From Bugula neritina (taxonomy: Eukaryota; Animalia; Bryozoa): 64,000 nt of DNA. The stretch spans positions 25,481,504 through 25,545,503 of the forward strand of contig OZ037765.1 of assembly GCA_964035545.1 (NCBI GenBank), written 5' to 3'. This document shows, in pieces, positions 38,301 through 49,398 of the stretch; the first letter of the stretch is position 1; each line of letters starts with the position of its first letter. Both the position numbers and the translations under genes were made by a program. The notes beneath the pieces are model-generated. The model was not told the DNA's origin. It made no database searches and worked only from the letters and a program-made list of their open reading frames with translations.

Positions 38301-41300
38301 ATTAGCAACTGAAGTTTGTAGTAAAATATTAATGATTAAAAAGGGCAATAACTATAGTAGCTAAAATTGTGAGTAGTTGTATTTTTTAATTTATTGAAAT
38401 TAAACTTACACGCTCAACTGATCTGTGGATATTAGTATATTTCCTACAATCTTTTCATCTAGCTCTTCAATATCTGTGATGATTTCACCTGCAAAGACAA
38501 CATCCTACCCACTCTTCGAAACTCATCATTTGACAGACATTCATTTCCAGAAAGACTGTGTTCATTTTGACATTAACCAACACACAATGCTACCTACACA
38601 GGCTGTTAAACGACTAAATTATCATACAACATATTGTCATAACATCCTTCAATTCATTGCTTCACTAACCTACTACTCTGATTATCTGCAGTGAATAAGA
38701 AAACATAGCCCAGCTGTCCAGCTCTGCTTGTCCTTCTGGCTGATTCTTAAATCTTTCACCAAAGTTAACCAGAATTCTTTTCACCTTTTAACAGAAACCG
38801 ATCAACAAACTTGCATATCTTTCTATAATCAATAAATGCAATGACTAACATGTAACAAATGAAAATGAATAAAAAATAAAACAACCGAAAATTTATTTAC
38901 AGTGAAATATTTCAACGAGTGCAGGAAACTTAAGTACTTCCATTTTAATATAACAACTTTACAACCTTCATATAGCTTAGGGAGTTTAACTGAATAATGA
39001 CTTAGAAGAGGGTAAAATTGCCATCAATTTCACAAAGTAGTAAAGAGTTAGTTGCCAAGTCAATGCATGATGTTTTCTGAGTCAAATAAGTAATAAATGT
39101 TGGTTTAACCAGCAACACCAGCTTTAAAACACAAAAATTATTTAAGTAGAAATGTAAAACCTTGCAAAAATTGAACTATCATTTAATAAGCATTTGTCAG
39201 TAAAAAACGAACAACAATACGAATGATAAAGTACAGATCTCTACATGAGTGAGAAACATATATCTATGAACATTCATTTGTTTAAAATTTGAATAGTCAA
39301 GAATAGTGAAATTTACACTTCATTGTTCCAAATTAATTTTGTAAAAAATTGTCTCCTGTTTGTGTTTAAAAAATAAATTTCAAGAGGAGATAATTTTCAT
39401 ATGTCTGTGTTGCATGTAATAAAAACTAGATAGTCAAATAAAATTAAATTTTAAGCAAACATTAATCAGTTAATTGTTTCATATAGATAGGTTGGTGTAT
39501 GGTATATGAATACAATTACAGTCTATACCTTATCAGGTATCAATTCAAACACATGACAAGCTGATGTGACCTGAAGATAGACGAGATATGGTTTTAGAAT
39601 ACTTATTTATCAACAAAAATACAACCTTTTCCATATGAAGAGAAACTCACTTCAGTTGAATAGTCGGTGAAAAACTGTTTGTAGATTTCAGTAATGTGAA
39701 GGTAACCCACGCCTCCAGTCAAAGTGCGGCATCTCTCATCCACATCATGAGCCACTCTAAACACTTGAGTCACCGAGTCTGCTAGCTTACCTATACTCAT
39801 GTCTACAAACCGCCGGTCTTCCTACAACATCACCTCTCTTGCAGTTGAAACTACATCCAGTGTTCAATATATCTCCATGTAAACATTTTACTTATGCAAA
39901 GTTACAGATTTAATAACTCGCATATGCCTGCATGGAAACACTTACTAGTTCTATAGAATTCAGCTGTTCAACCAAGTAGTGTGCCTCCAGTTTCCCATAG
40001 TTGGAGATATACGGCAAGTACGGGGCGTACATAGCCTTGCCCAGCTGTATCATATATGTGGTGTTTAAGTCTGCAGTACTCATGCTATTCAGTAACACCG
40101 TCTCAATGGAATGTGCAAATTTATCAGTAACCTGCAACATAATAATATGATATGAATTCTAGATAACATATCTACTCTATAATACGATATGAATTCTAGA
40201 TAACATATCTACTCAACAAGTATATCTACTTAGCCCACTACTTAAAGTGCATCACAGAGCACAAAAATTGCAATTTTTAAAACGTAAACAAGTAACAAAA
40301 GTTGAAAAAATAATTGCATGCTTGTGGCAGAAGCCATATAACCATAATTGGCTATACATCATGATATTATTACAGAAAGTGAAAGCCTCACAGAATATCA
40401 TTAGTCAGTTAAAAACTCTGCTGCCTAGAAATTTCGTATCATTAAGAGGTTGGAGATCCCTTGATCGAAGGAAACAAAGTGTGAAATATCTAAGCTTGAT
40501 GACTAATGAAAATTTTTGAGCATTTTTGCCTTCTGAAATAGTAGAAAACATTTTTACTGAATTCAAAATGATAGACTGGTTAGACTTTCAGTGGCTACAA
40601 AGAGGTGCTGCCAAGAAATTCCGACAGCATACGCCCTTCCAGCTTGGTATTACTGAGTAGAGTGTAGAGTGTAGAGTAGTAAATGAGAGTAACTGACCTG
40701 CTTCAGCTGAGTGACTGAAAGAAGGAGGTTGTCTTGACTCTCCAGGTGCTGAGATAGACAGAGAGACATGTCCTTCTCCAGTGACTGCAGACATGCGCTC
40801 ACCATTTGACACACCACCTGCAGGGGGTTGTCAAACACGCCACTGCACCAGGACACCTGCATGCAGTATATAGACACTAATACACACTAGTGGTACTACA
40901 TAAGTAATAGAACTATTAGTGTTATACATACCACTTTTTAATAAACTATAATCAACATTACCTAGATGATGAAGTTTGGACTATATCCTAAAATCCATCA
41001 AACGGAAGAGTAAAACTTGAACTACAATTTGAGTGTTCAAAAAATTGCTCTCTCGTGGATAAAATTGAAAGCAAATCAATAAAAATCCTGTCATAACTTA
41101 CAGTAAGGGGTTTAATCTTGAGCTTTCATATACATATATATTATAGACAGATGCTATATGTACATTATATACATATTATGTAAGTACACTGTATAAATAC
41201 ATGATATTTAGTTTTACTACAAAGCGATTAAATTTAATTATTCAATTTATGATATTTTATTATTTTATAGAACGAAAGCATTTTCAAAGTCTTGTATTCT

Positions 41301-44300
41301 CAAGAAAAATAACTTTTTTATCAAATTTCATAACATCAACTACAACTAATATCCCTTTTGACTCCATTGTTTTACTCACCGGAGAAGCAACTGCTTAGAC
41401 AGGACGGGTAGAAAGTTTCAACTAACCTGACTGTGGAATGTGGAGACAACTGTATCATAAAACAGTGCAAGGGACTTGGAGAGTGAGTTGTCCCCCCTCT
41501 CTGTTAGCTCATGCCAGCTCTTAGAAAGCAGCGACTTGTGAAAATGTTCATAGTAACGATAGATCTGGGGGAGACGATTTATAGATTCAAACATCTTTAC
41601 ATAATGCCTTGTAGTGTCTAAAACATTCACTTATTGTGGAAATATCAAATAAATTAAACATTAACAAGTTAGTGAAAGTTTAAACTGTTACACAATTCAG
41701 CAAGTCACTGAAGAATCAAAAAGAGCTTATGAAAACCATACCTACTGTTACTTTTAATATTGAACTAAAAACATATTTTACCACATCAAAGACCCTAATA
41801 AAATATATTATAGTTGCAGAAGTGCCTACAGGTAGATTAAAAAATGAGTAGAATAGAAGAAAAGCATCCAAGAGAACTCACCTTGAGAGTCGTTGGTGAG
41901 GGCGTCGACAATATTGGGACTAACCAGAGTTTCCAGCCTGTTTTTAAGAGCTTCCAGGTGTTGACACCTGTCATCATAGTCTGGTACATTAGCCAGCAAC
42001 CTCTGTAGTTATAAAGAAGTCACATGTTTCAAAGTAATAGAGATTAAATCATGAATAAAGAAACTAACCCACTGAGAATGAATAAAAAAACAAATTATGC
42101 ATAGTTTAAACTTACTAAGCTCTGTTGCATAGCAAGCAATTTTGTGGTGAGTAAATCAGCATCTCCCGACTGAATGACCTGCTCTATTTCCGATGAAAGA
42201 ACCGTCCAATTGTCGGCTTGCTAAAAGGATGACAATTTAGGTAATACATGGTTGTCATGGTAACACCTTACCACTTAATTCTATACACGTCAAACCTGGC
42301 AGCTCTTATGAGTATACATATTCCTAACCTCTCTAAATTGGCAGTTAAATTTTCAATTGCTAACTCCAGTTATCCAGTGTCTGATCTTTCTATGTTTCTG
42401 CGACAGTATTAAATGCTATTAAATATCATGTACCTGCACTTTAGTGGTCTTATTAAACATACCAGTATATAGCAAACATACATAAGTCAAAAACACTAGT
42501 TATGTGTTGCAGCGGCTAAGAATACTCGTAGAATGCAATGAAAGTCAACAATAAATAGTAGTAGTTTTATAATACTACGGACTCCAGATCTGACCGGAAA
42601 TGTCATCAGCAAGCGATTCTAAATCCCAAATCAATTTAAGATATGGTTGCACAGAGTTTATAATAAAAAGAAATTATTTGAGCATACAACCCTCCAATAG
42701 TCTTTAGATATTAGCTAAGATATATATGAATATTTTTGTACTGCATAAATGAAGTGCGGCGGTGATTCTTTAATACCTGCATCCAATGAGCAAAGAACCT
42801 TCTGGATACTAGCATAGCAAAGAACCTTCTGGATACTAGCATAGCCCTCCAAAGAGGTCACAACTCTCATATTACCAACTATTCATCTATAATTAGTATT
42901 GCTTACTAAGAGATACCTGCAAAGCTTCAGATGTCTGTTCCATGCGAGATTTAATGGTATCCAGTTGCAGTAATGCCTGCATAGATTTAGAAGTGTCTTG
43001 CTCCACCTACATGACAATTTAACACTGATCACCCAATATTTCTAGGAGAAGACAACACCGTGGCATTCAAGCAAAAACTAGAGCATCTGTAAGTGTTAGA
43101 TACATAGTGTAAGCTGTCTGTTAATGCTAGTCAAGTTCATGCAAAAATCACGAAGCACTATGCTGTAAATAAAACAAGGTTTGTATACGAAGGCAAATAC
43201 ACATTATGGGTTATTTTACTTTATTTAGTACACACCCGAAAAATAGGACCAAAGATTAAAATGGGTTCAAAATTATTGAGAAAAATAGATACGGTAATTT
43301 CATGTGCTGGTTCAAAACATGTATATGAAAATAGACTGAGAAGGGTCTTGCAAACAATAAAGCGCTGATAGATAAAAAATGAAGATCTTTAGTGTGTACT
43401 TAACAAAATAAGGTGACCCAAATATAAAGAATAAAACTTACACACGTAATTACACAGTTGTTATTTAAAGTTAGAATTAGAAAGTTACACTACATAACTA
43501 CTGTTTGCAATGATGTTTGAATATAGTAATAATGATTATTATTATATAACGATTTGAAGTCTAGACACTATATGATTGATAATACACCTACAAAATATGT
43601 TACACTTACTTTTTGAACATCCTGTTTGATGTTCTTCATCTGCTCTTGCAACATGGCTGCCTCATGTTTAATGCCATCAATATCTCTGAGAACACGTGGT
43701 AGGTTTGACACTACCTCTTGACTAGTTTCTTCAATCACATTGTTCACCTCCTGTAATGAAATATTCCCATATAATAAGCACATTGCACTAGGATATAAAG
43801 ATAGATAGATAGATATGTACAGTAGGTTAAATATATTAAATATTCACCTGAACAAGTAACTGCAACTTCATCACTAGAGTTGTGGCATATTGCTGAAATA
43901 GAACAGCGCAGAATAAATTATGACTTTATATAATTACCACAGCACTAGATTGCAAATCATGCAAGAAAAATGTTTCTTTCTTAGAAACTAAATGGTTATT
44001 GCAATACGAATTCAAATTTTTATACAGGTAACAGTAGCAGTGACAGCACAGAATGTTCAGCTTCTTACATCGTTGGTTATGCCAGACTCCTTGTTAGAAC
44101 GGAAAGAGGCATTAATCCAGTCTTTAGCATTAAATGAATCATCCAGAAACTTGGAGTAATCCTACAAGCAGCACTCTATTACTTATTGATTGAATGCATC
44201 AATAGGTGCTGAAGAAGAAAAACTGTAGCAGATGTACAAGATTAGGGTGCATGCCATTATTTTGAAAACTTGAAGTATGTTTACTTGTTGGTAACATCAG

Positions 44301-44654
44301 AAATTTAAGATTCCCTAGATGACCGTACAACAATAACAATGAAGTTTGCATAGAAAGGTGGATTTAATCTCCAACTCACTATGTTTGAGTCCTAATCCTT
44401 TCAAATAAAGCATCCCTAATGTAGTGCTGATAATTTCACTCTAAAGGCCAGCAGCGGCAGTATTAGAGTAATTATTATATTGGGCGAATATTTCAATTGT
44501 TAGTAAAATAAAAACTAAACTTTTAAATGTATTTAAATTATCTGGTAAACATGCTGCACACGTGACTGTATTTGAATATTGAAAACCCGAATCATCATAC
44601 ACCACAAAGAGCTTTAGCAAAAAACATCCTTATAGTGTATTATTAACTTACCAT
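35399..44654 (-). CDS. COG7: Conserved oligomeric Golgi complex subunit 7; 19 coding exons: 44654-44652, 44161-44069, 43892-43848, 43750-43610, 43006-42917, 42220-42116, 42002-41882, 41617-41427, 40856-40698, 40131-39946, 39821-39651, 39570-39529, 38745-38670, 38488-38410, 37507-37285, 37020-36937, 36603-36459, 35968-35834, 35565-35399
   Basis: M|DYSKFLDDSFNAKDWIN...ATTLVMKLQLLVQEVNNVIEETS...LPRVLRDI...HLEALKNRLETL...DLPMFSLSPQEYITQIGQYIMTLPQ...WLESISRATMHTYCE...DIDYLINVLDDLGL matches COG7 motifs from N- to C-terminus. The small middle exons are less certain. Confidence 0.94.
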
Positions 44655-45939
44655 CTAATTATATTTGCTGTATACTCTGAATCTACAATAAATGAAAACA
44701 TATCATGTACATTTTTAGACTCAATTAATTTATTTCAACAATAAATAAAATAAACCTTGAGACAAATTATATTTCATTTTTATACTAAGGGAGAGGCTCA
44801 ATGGGCAAATAAAATCATAGTAATTTTAACTAAAATGAAGCATATAAACTACACTAGTGCCATTTGAATCTACATCAATACAAAAAAGATGAAATATATA
44901 TAAAATCATTGAATGTTGCATCATCTTATATAAAAATGTGAGGTTGAGGTAGCAATCAGCAGTAGTATAAAAAGACAATCCAAATGTTACTTTGCTGCCC
45001 CAGCCCATAAATGAGTTTGTGCTAAGGAGATTTATTAAATATATTTATTATAGAATACAAACTATAAATTTGCCACCGGATCAGGACATGGTAGAGAAAG
45101 GTGAGAAAGAATACAAACTATAAATGCTGCAGTGCAATGCATTTTTGCATTTGCAACACAATTCTGTTTAATCAATCTACAAATAATCATCCAATATTTA
45201 TACGAGCAGCAGATATTAATTCATCTTAATTTTTTTGGGACTATTAATTGGTTTGCAAATTGAAAATACCAACATTTAAATAATTGAAGTAATGGTCACT
45301 TGTTTGAGAAATTATATTTGACAATGAGCTCCAGGTTTTACTAATTGTAAAAATGAGCAGATATTATTACCAAAAATATTGATAATTTATAGCTCCGTAC
45401 AAGATATGAGTTTTAAAAATAGTAAAACTAACTTTTAATAAATGTTGAGCATAAAGTTCCCGCCGCAGATTTTCAATTATTTGGACCCACATGCATAAAA
45501 TCCATGTCGGCTGGCCCTAGCCTTATAGTAACTAAAACTACTCAGAATTTGTAAATATCTTCCTTAATACAAGGTTACTTCCTGGCAAAATAATCTCTAA
45601 ATAAAAGTAATAGACAGACTAGTTTATGAGTGTTATTTTTACTCATTTCACCAAAACAACTGGAAATAAAAAAATTTAGTCTTGTTTAAAAAGAAAATTT
45701 CAATTAAAAACAATGTCATGTTGGAGAGATAAGAAATAATAGTATACCGCATCTAAGAATTGAGGTTTTAGACACTCAATTATTGAGAGATAGCCTTTCA
45801 GCTTATTATTTTTACATTTGCAACTCTACAAATTCCATTGCTGTGATAGTATGCCTACCATCTGGTTGAGAGATACTAAGATGCATTATTAGCCAGTATA
45901 AGAAGCAAAGCTGGGTTCCTCGACTGCAGCTGACTTGCT

Positions 45940-46860
45940 TTACTAATAGTAATTCTAATACTAATAGTAGTACTGATAGTGATAGTAACTGATTGCAAAT
46001 TAAATAAAAACTTTTCTCTCTTACAGTTATGCTTACGAAAATATTTTTCTGTTTACTGTTACAGTCACAGAAACTTTTAGATTTTTCTTGAGTAAATTTA
46101 TTTTCAATATTAAGGTAAATTCAACTTGAATTTCATCAATTTCAAGTTTACCTAATATACCAATAGTATTAGCAATAGTAATACTAATACTAATAGTAAT
46201 AATAATGGTAATCAATTTTAACTCAATTCATTTTTAATCGATAAATCTGTTAATTATTGCTAATGACTATTACTATCAGTATTAGTATTAATAAGTGACT
46301 AATTTGATAATTAGAGAAATAGTTAGTAATAAATGACAAAGTGAAAGTGAAAATCCACCTCACTCTCGCTGCCCACTGTCATCTGTGACATTCACACTCA
46401 CTCTCACTCTGAAGGTGAGTTTCAGTCTGCCAGTGCCACTAGGCCTAGCACTTGCAAATCGTTCAATCATATTGATATTGATTATAAAATTCATTCAATC
46501 TCAATCTCAGTATTGCCTATTACTATTACTATAAGTATTACTATTACTATTACTACTATTGCCCATTAGAATTAATTAGACTTTCACTTAGTATCAAATT
46601 ACTTATATTTATAACTATAAGAGTTATACTTATATTTATAGTTAATCACTAGTATACTTATACTTGTAGTTATAAAGTTATAGTTATACTAATACTTATA
46701 ACCGTATTATAAGATTAACTAACTAATAACTATAACTATAGTATAAGTTATAAGTTTAAAGTTATACTTATACTTATACTTATAGTTAGAGTTATAGCTT
46801 AGCTATAAGTATAACTATAACTATAAGTATAACTATAACTATAAGTATAACTATAAGGTA
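45940..46860. repeat. Cryptic triplet/hexamer-periodic low-complexity island upstream of the COG7 start codon
   Basis: Runs such as ATAAGTATAACTATAACTATAAGTATAACT and AGTAATACTAATACTAATAGTAAT. Confidence 0.8.
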
Positions 46861-48400
46861 GATATTCTTTTGATAAATAAATTTAAGTAGTAAATAAATA
46901 CAGAAGTTCAATCTTTAATTTTTAGCTATAATAATTATAATTTTAACCCAGTAATAGTGACAGCATTTGTAATGTCAATGACTATGAGTTTGGAATATTA
47001 TTATTCACTCAAAGTTTTTATCAACAGTTGCCAACATTAGCGGAAAACCTGAATAAGTTTATTATAAAGTAGCTGTCATAGCCTTAGCGTGAATATGTTC
47101 CGAGTAGATTTTTGAGAGGACAACTATTGGTCATTAAAACGCACGTTAATTTCCATCGTTGGCTACAGTTTACATGAACATATTTTATAATTATTTTATT
47201 TGTTTAATTTCGTCAAATCGTTTAATAAGAAAGTAGAAAAATTACGGGACGTCATCTAAAAGAGGTAATGATGATGCCTATTTATTCACCAATGAGAAAG
47301 CTAGTAGAGGAGGGAAGCAAATGGCCAGGCAACACATAACTCCCATCAAAAAAGCTACACCTGAATGCTCTGGGATCAGACAGGTTTTTTAAGATCAGGT
47401 TTTAACCTACTCAATAGCACAGACTCTTGGTATCATGTGATCTGTTGACCTGTACCAGTAGAGAAAGAACAAATAGGAAGATTTGATGGTGAAAATTCCG
47501 TAATGTAAAGATGAACAACTAAACTTTTGTCCGTGTTTGAATAATGAAGTTCGTGTTTTTTCATAAAAATTTTAATTTTTATCAGTTGTTCTATCTGTAG
47601 AATGCTATTTTTTAAAGAAAGTATAAATACAGGTTAAGAAAATAACTTTATATAATATTTTTCGCATTACTGAAAATAATAGACTTTTTAGTAACTTAAA
47701 AATTTGTTCATCTTGTTTTTGAGTTTAAAAAATATAAGGGGGATTGTTTATAAAAAAAATTATTTAAACATTTTCTAACATAAAAGCTAATAAAACTGTG
47801 CTGAAGTCTTAAAATTGCCTAAATAATTGAAAGTATATAATATTTTGGTCCTACTTGTAAAGTGGGGGGGCCAATTATTTGATGTATAATTTTCATTTAC
47901 TGTAAATTTTGTATTACACCCAAGGCTACCACTGCAAGTTGCCTAAAACACATTTTAACTTATGCCCTTTGCAATTATTGTTTTACTTGGAGTTTGCTAA
48001 TAGAACAACAAAGCATATTCCTCAATCTTACTAGAGTTGAAATATAATAAAATAAATATATTACAATAAAATCAAAGCTATATTATAGCAATATATTGGT
48101 TCTGTTTGCCACATCTTTGGTTTATGACATCCATGCACAACAAATATAATATTTTATTTCATTTTAATGCATGCATTAAATATTATATAGAATCAACAGC
48201 GTATTTGACAAATATAATGCAAAATCTTTGGTATTAATCAATGGCTGGTTTATTTCTATTTCTTGCCAACCAAGAACCTTATAAAAAAATGAAAGTTGTC
48301 TACACCTGAATCAGCATAAAAATATTATATAGATTAGTTCAATGCTATTTACATCTACATCTACACCTACACCTACGTACACACACAATATAAAATTTGT

Positions 48401-48586
48401 ACAAGTTTGTAGTCGCCATCCCTGTGAGCACCCCTGATGAAAAGTTTTTTAAGCAGGCTAAGGACTTATCCATATGTGGCACAGGAGCAATTGTGAATGG
48501 ATGTGCTGCCCAACATCACTAATGGCCTTAAATAGAGTTCAAACCCATGCATGACTTCAAGTTTACTAAGCCAAGACTATGGCTGC
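48401..48586 (-). mobile_element. tRNA-derived SINE, family A (degenerate)
   Basis: Shares CCATCCCTGTGAG...CATATGTGGCACAGGAGCAATT...AACATCAC(T/C)AATGGCCTT with the copy at 2648-2868. Confidence 0.8.
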
Positions 48587-49398
48587 ATACAAAACTATAA
48601 CTGGCTATTAAATTATCAAACTTGCAGCTTACATTCTATAAAGAAAAATTGCTCCAAGAGTGTTGTGGAATTTGGGATTTAATATTATATAGCAATTACG
48701 ATGTAATATATTTATACGGACCCGCAAAATAATTTTCATATGAATTCAACCTACCAATAGCTGCCCATGCGGACAGTCGCAGAGTTTGGCAAGTGGTGCT
48801 AGTTACTACGCGATAGACTATCATCCACCGGATAAAGATTGCGTCATTTTTGGCAGTGTTCCCAAATTAATGTCGCCATAACTTTTCCCAAGGGATACTT
48901 ATTACTGTAAGCTTCCAAACATGCGCAACAGTTAAACAACTACACTAGCCTAATAATTATAAACAATTTTAGCAGCAATTAAAATAATTATTAACAAACG
49001 CATTGCTAATAATTTTTAAAATATTATTACTAGAAGTTTTGTTCTGCTTACTATTCAATTATTGTAATAAAGAAGTTGGCAAGAAACAAAGTCATTAACA
49101 TTAGAAGCGATCTAGTTACTAAATGAATTAATTATAACGTTTTTTTATTTTAATTTTATTATTGCAATAATAAGTTTTAATTTTCTGCTTTAGGTATGAA
49201 TATAGGTTTTCGAGATCAAATAGCTCTCCGTGGAAACGTTACGGTAGACTTCAGTGCTGAGTAAAGTGAGCAGGTGATTGGATAAATCTGTGGCCAATCA
49301 GTTGCAACATTAGGCAATAACAATGCTGGGCTATTGCTAAATTGGGCATTCCCGAATAGTTCCTGGTTGCAGTGAGTCGCACGATAACGTTAACCGCT

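Noticed and set aside
40144-40214. Two-copy local duplications in introns or intergenic DNA (37-bp period here; about 27 bp at 42789-42845; 18 bp at about 45052/45109)
   Set aside because: Ordinary slippage duplications that do not include splice junctions; no evidence of function.
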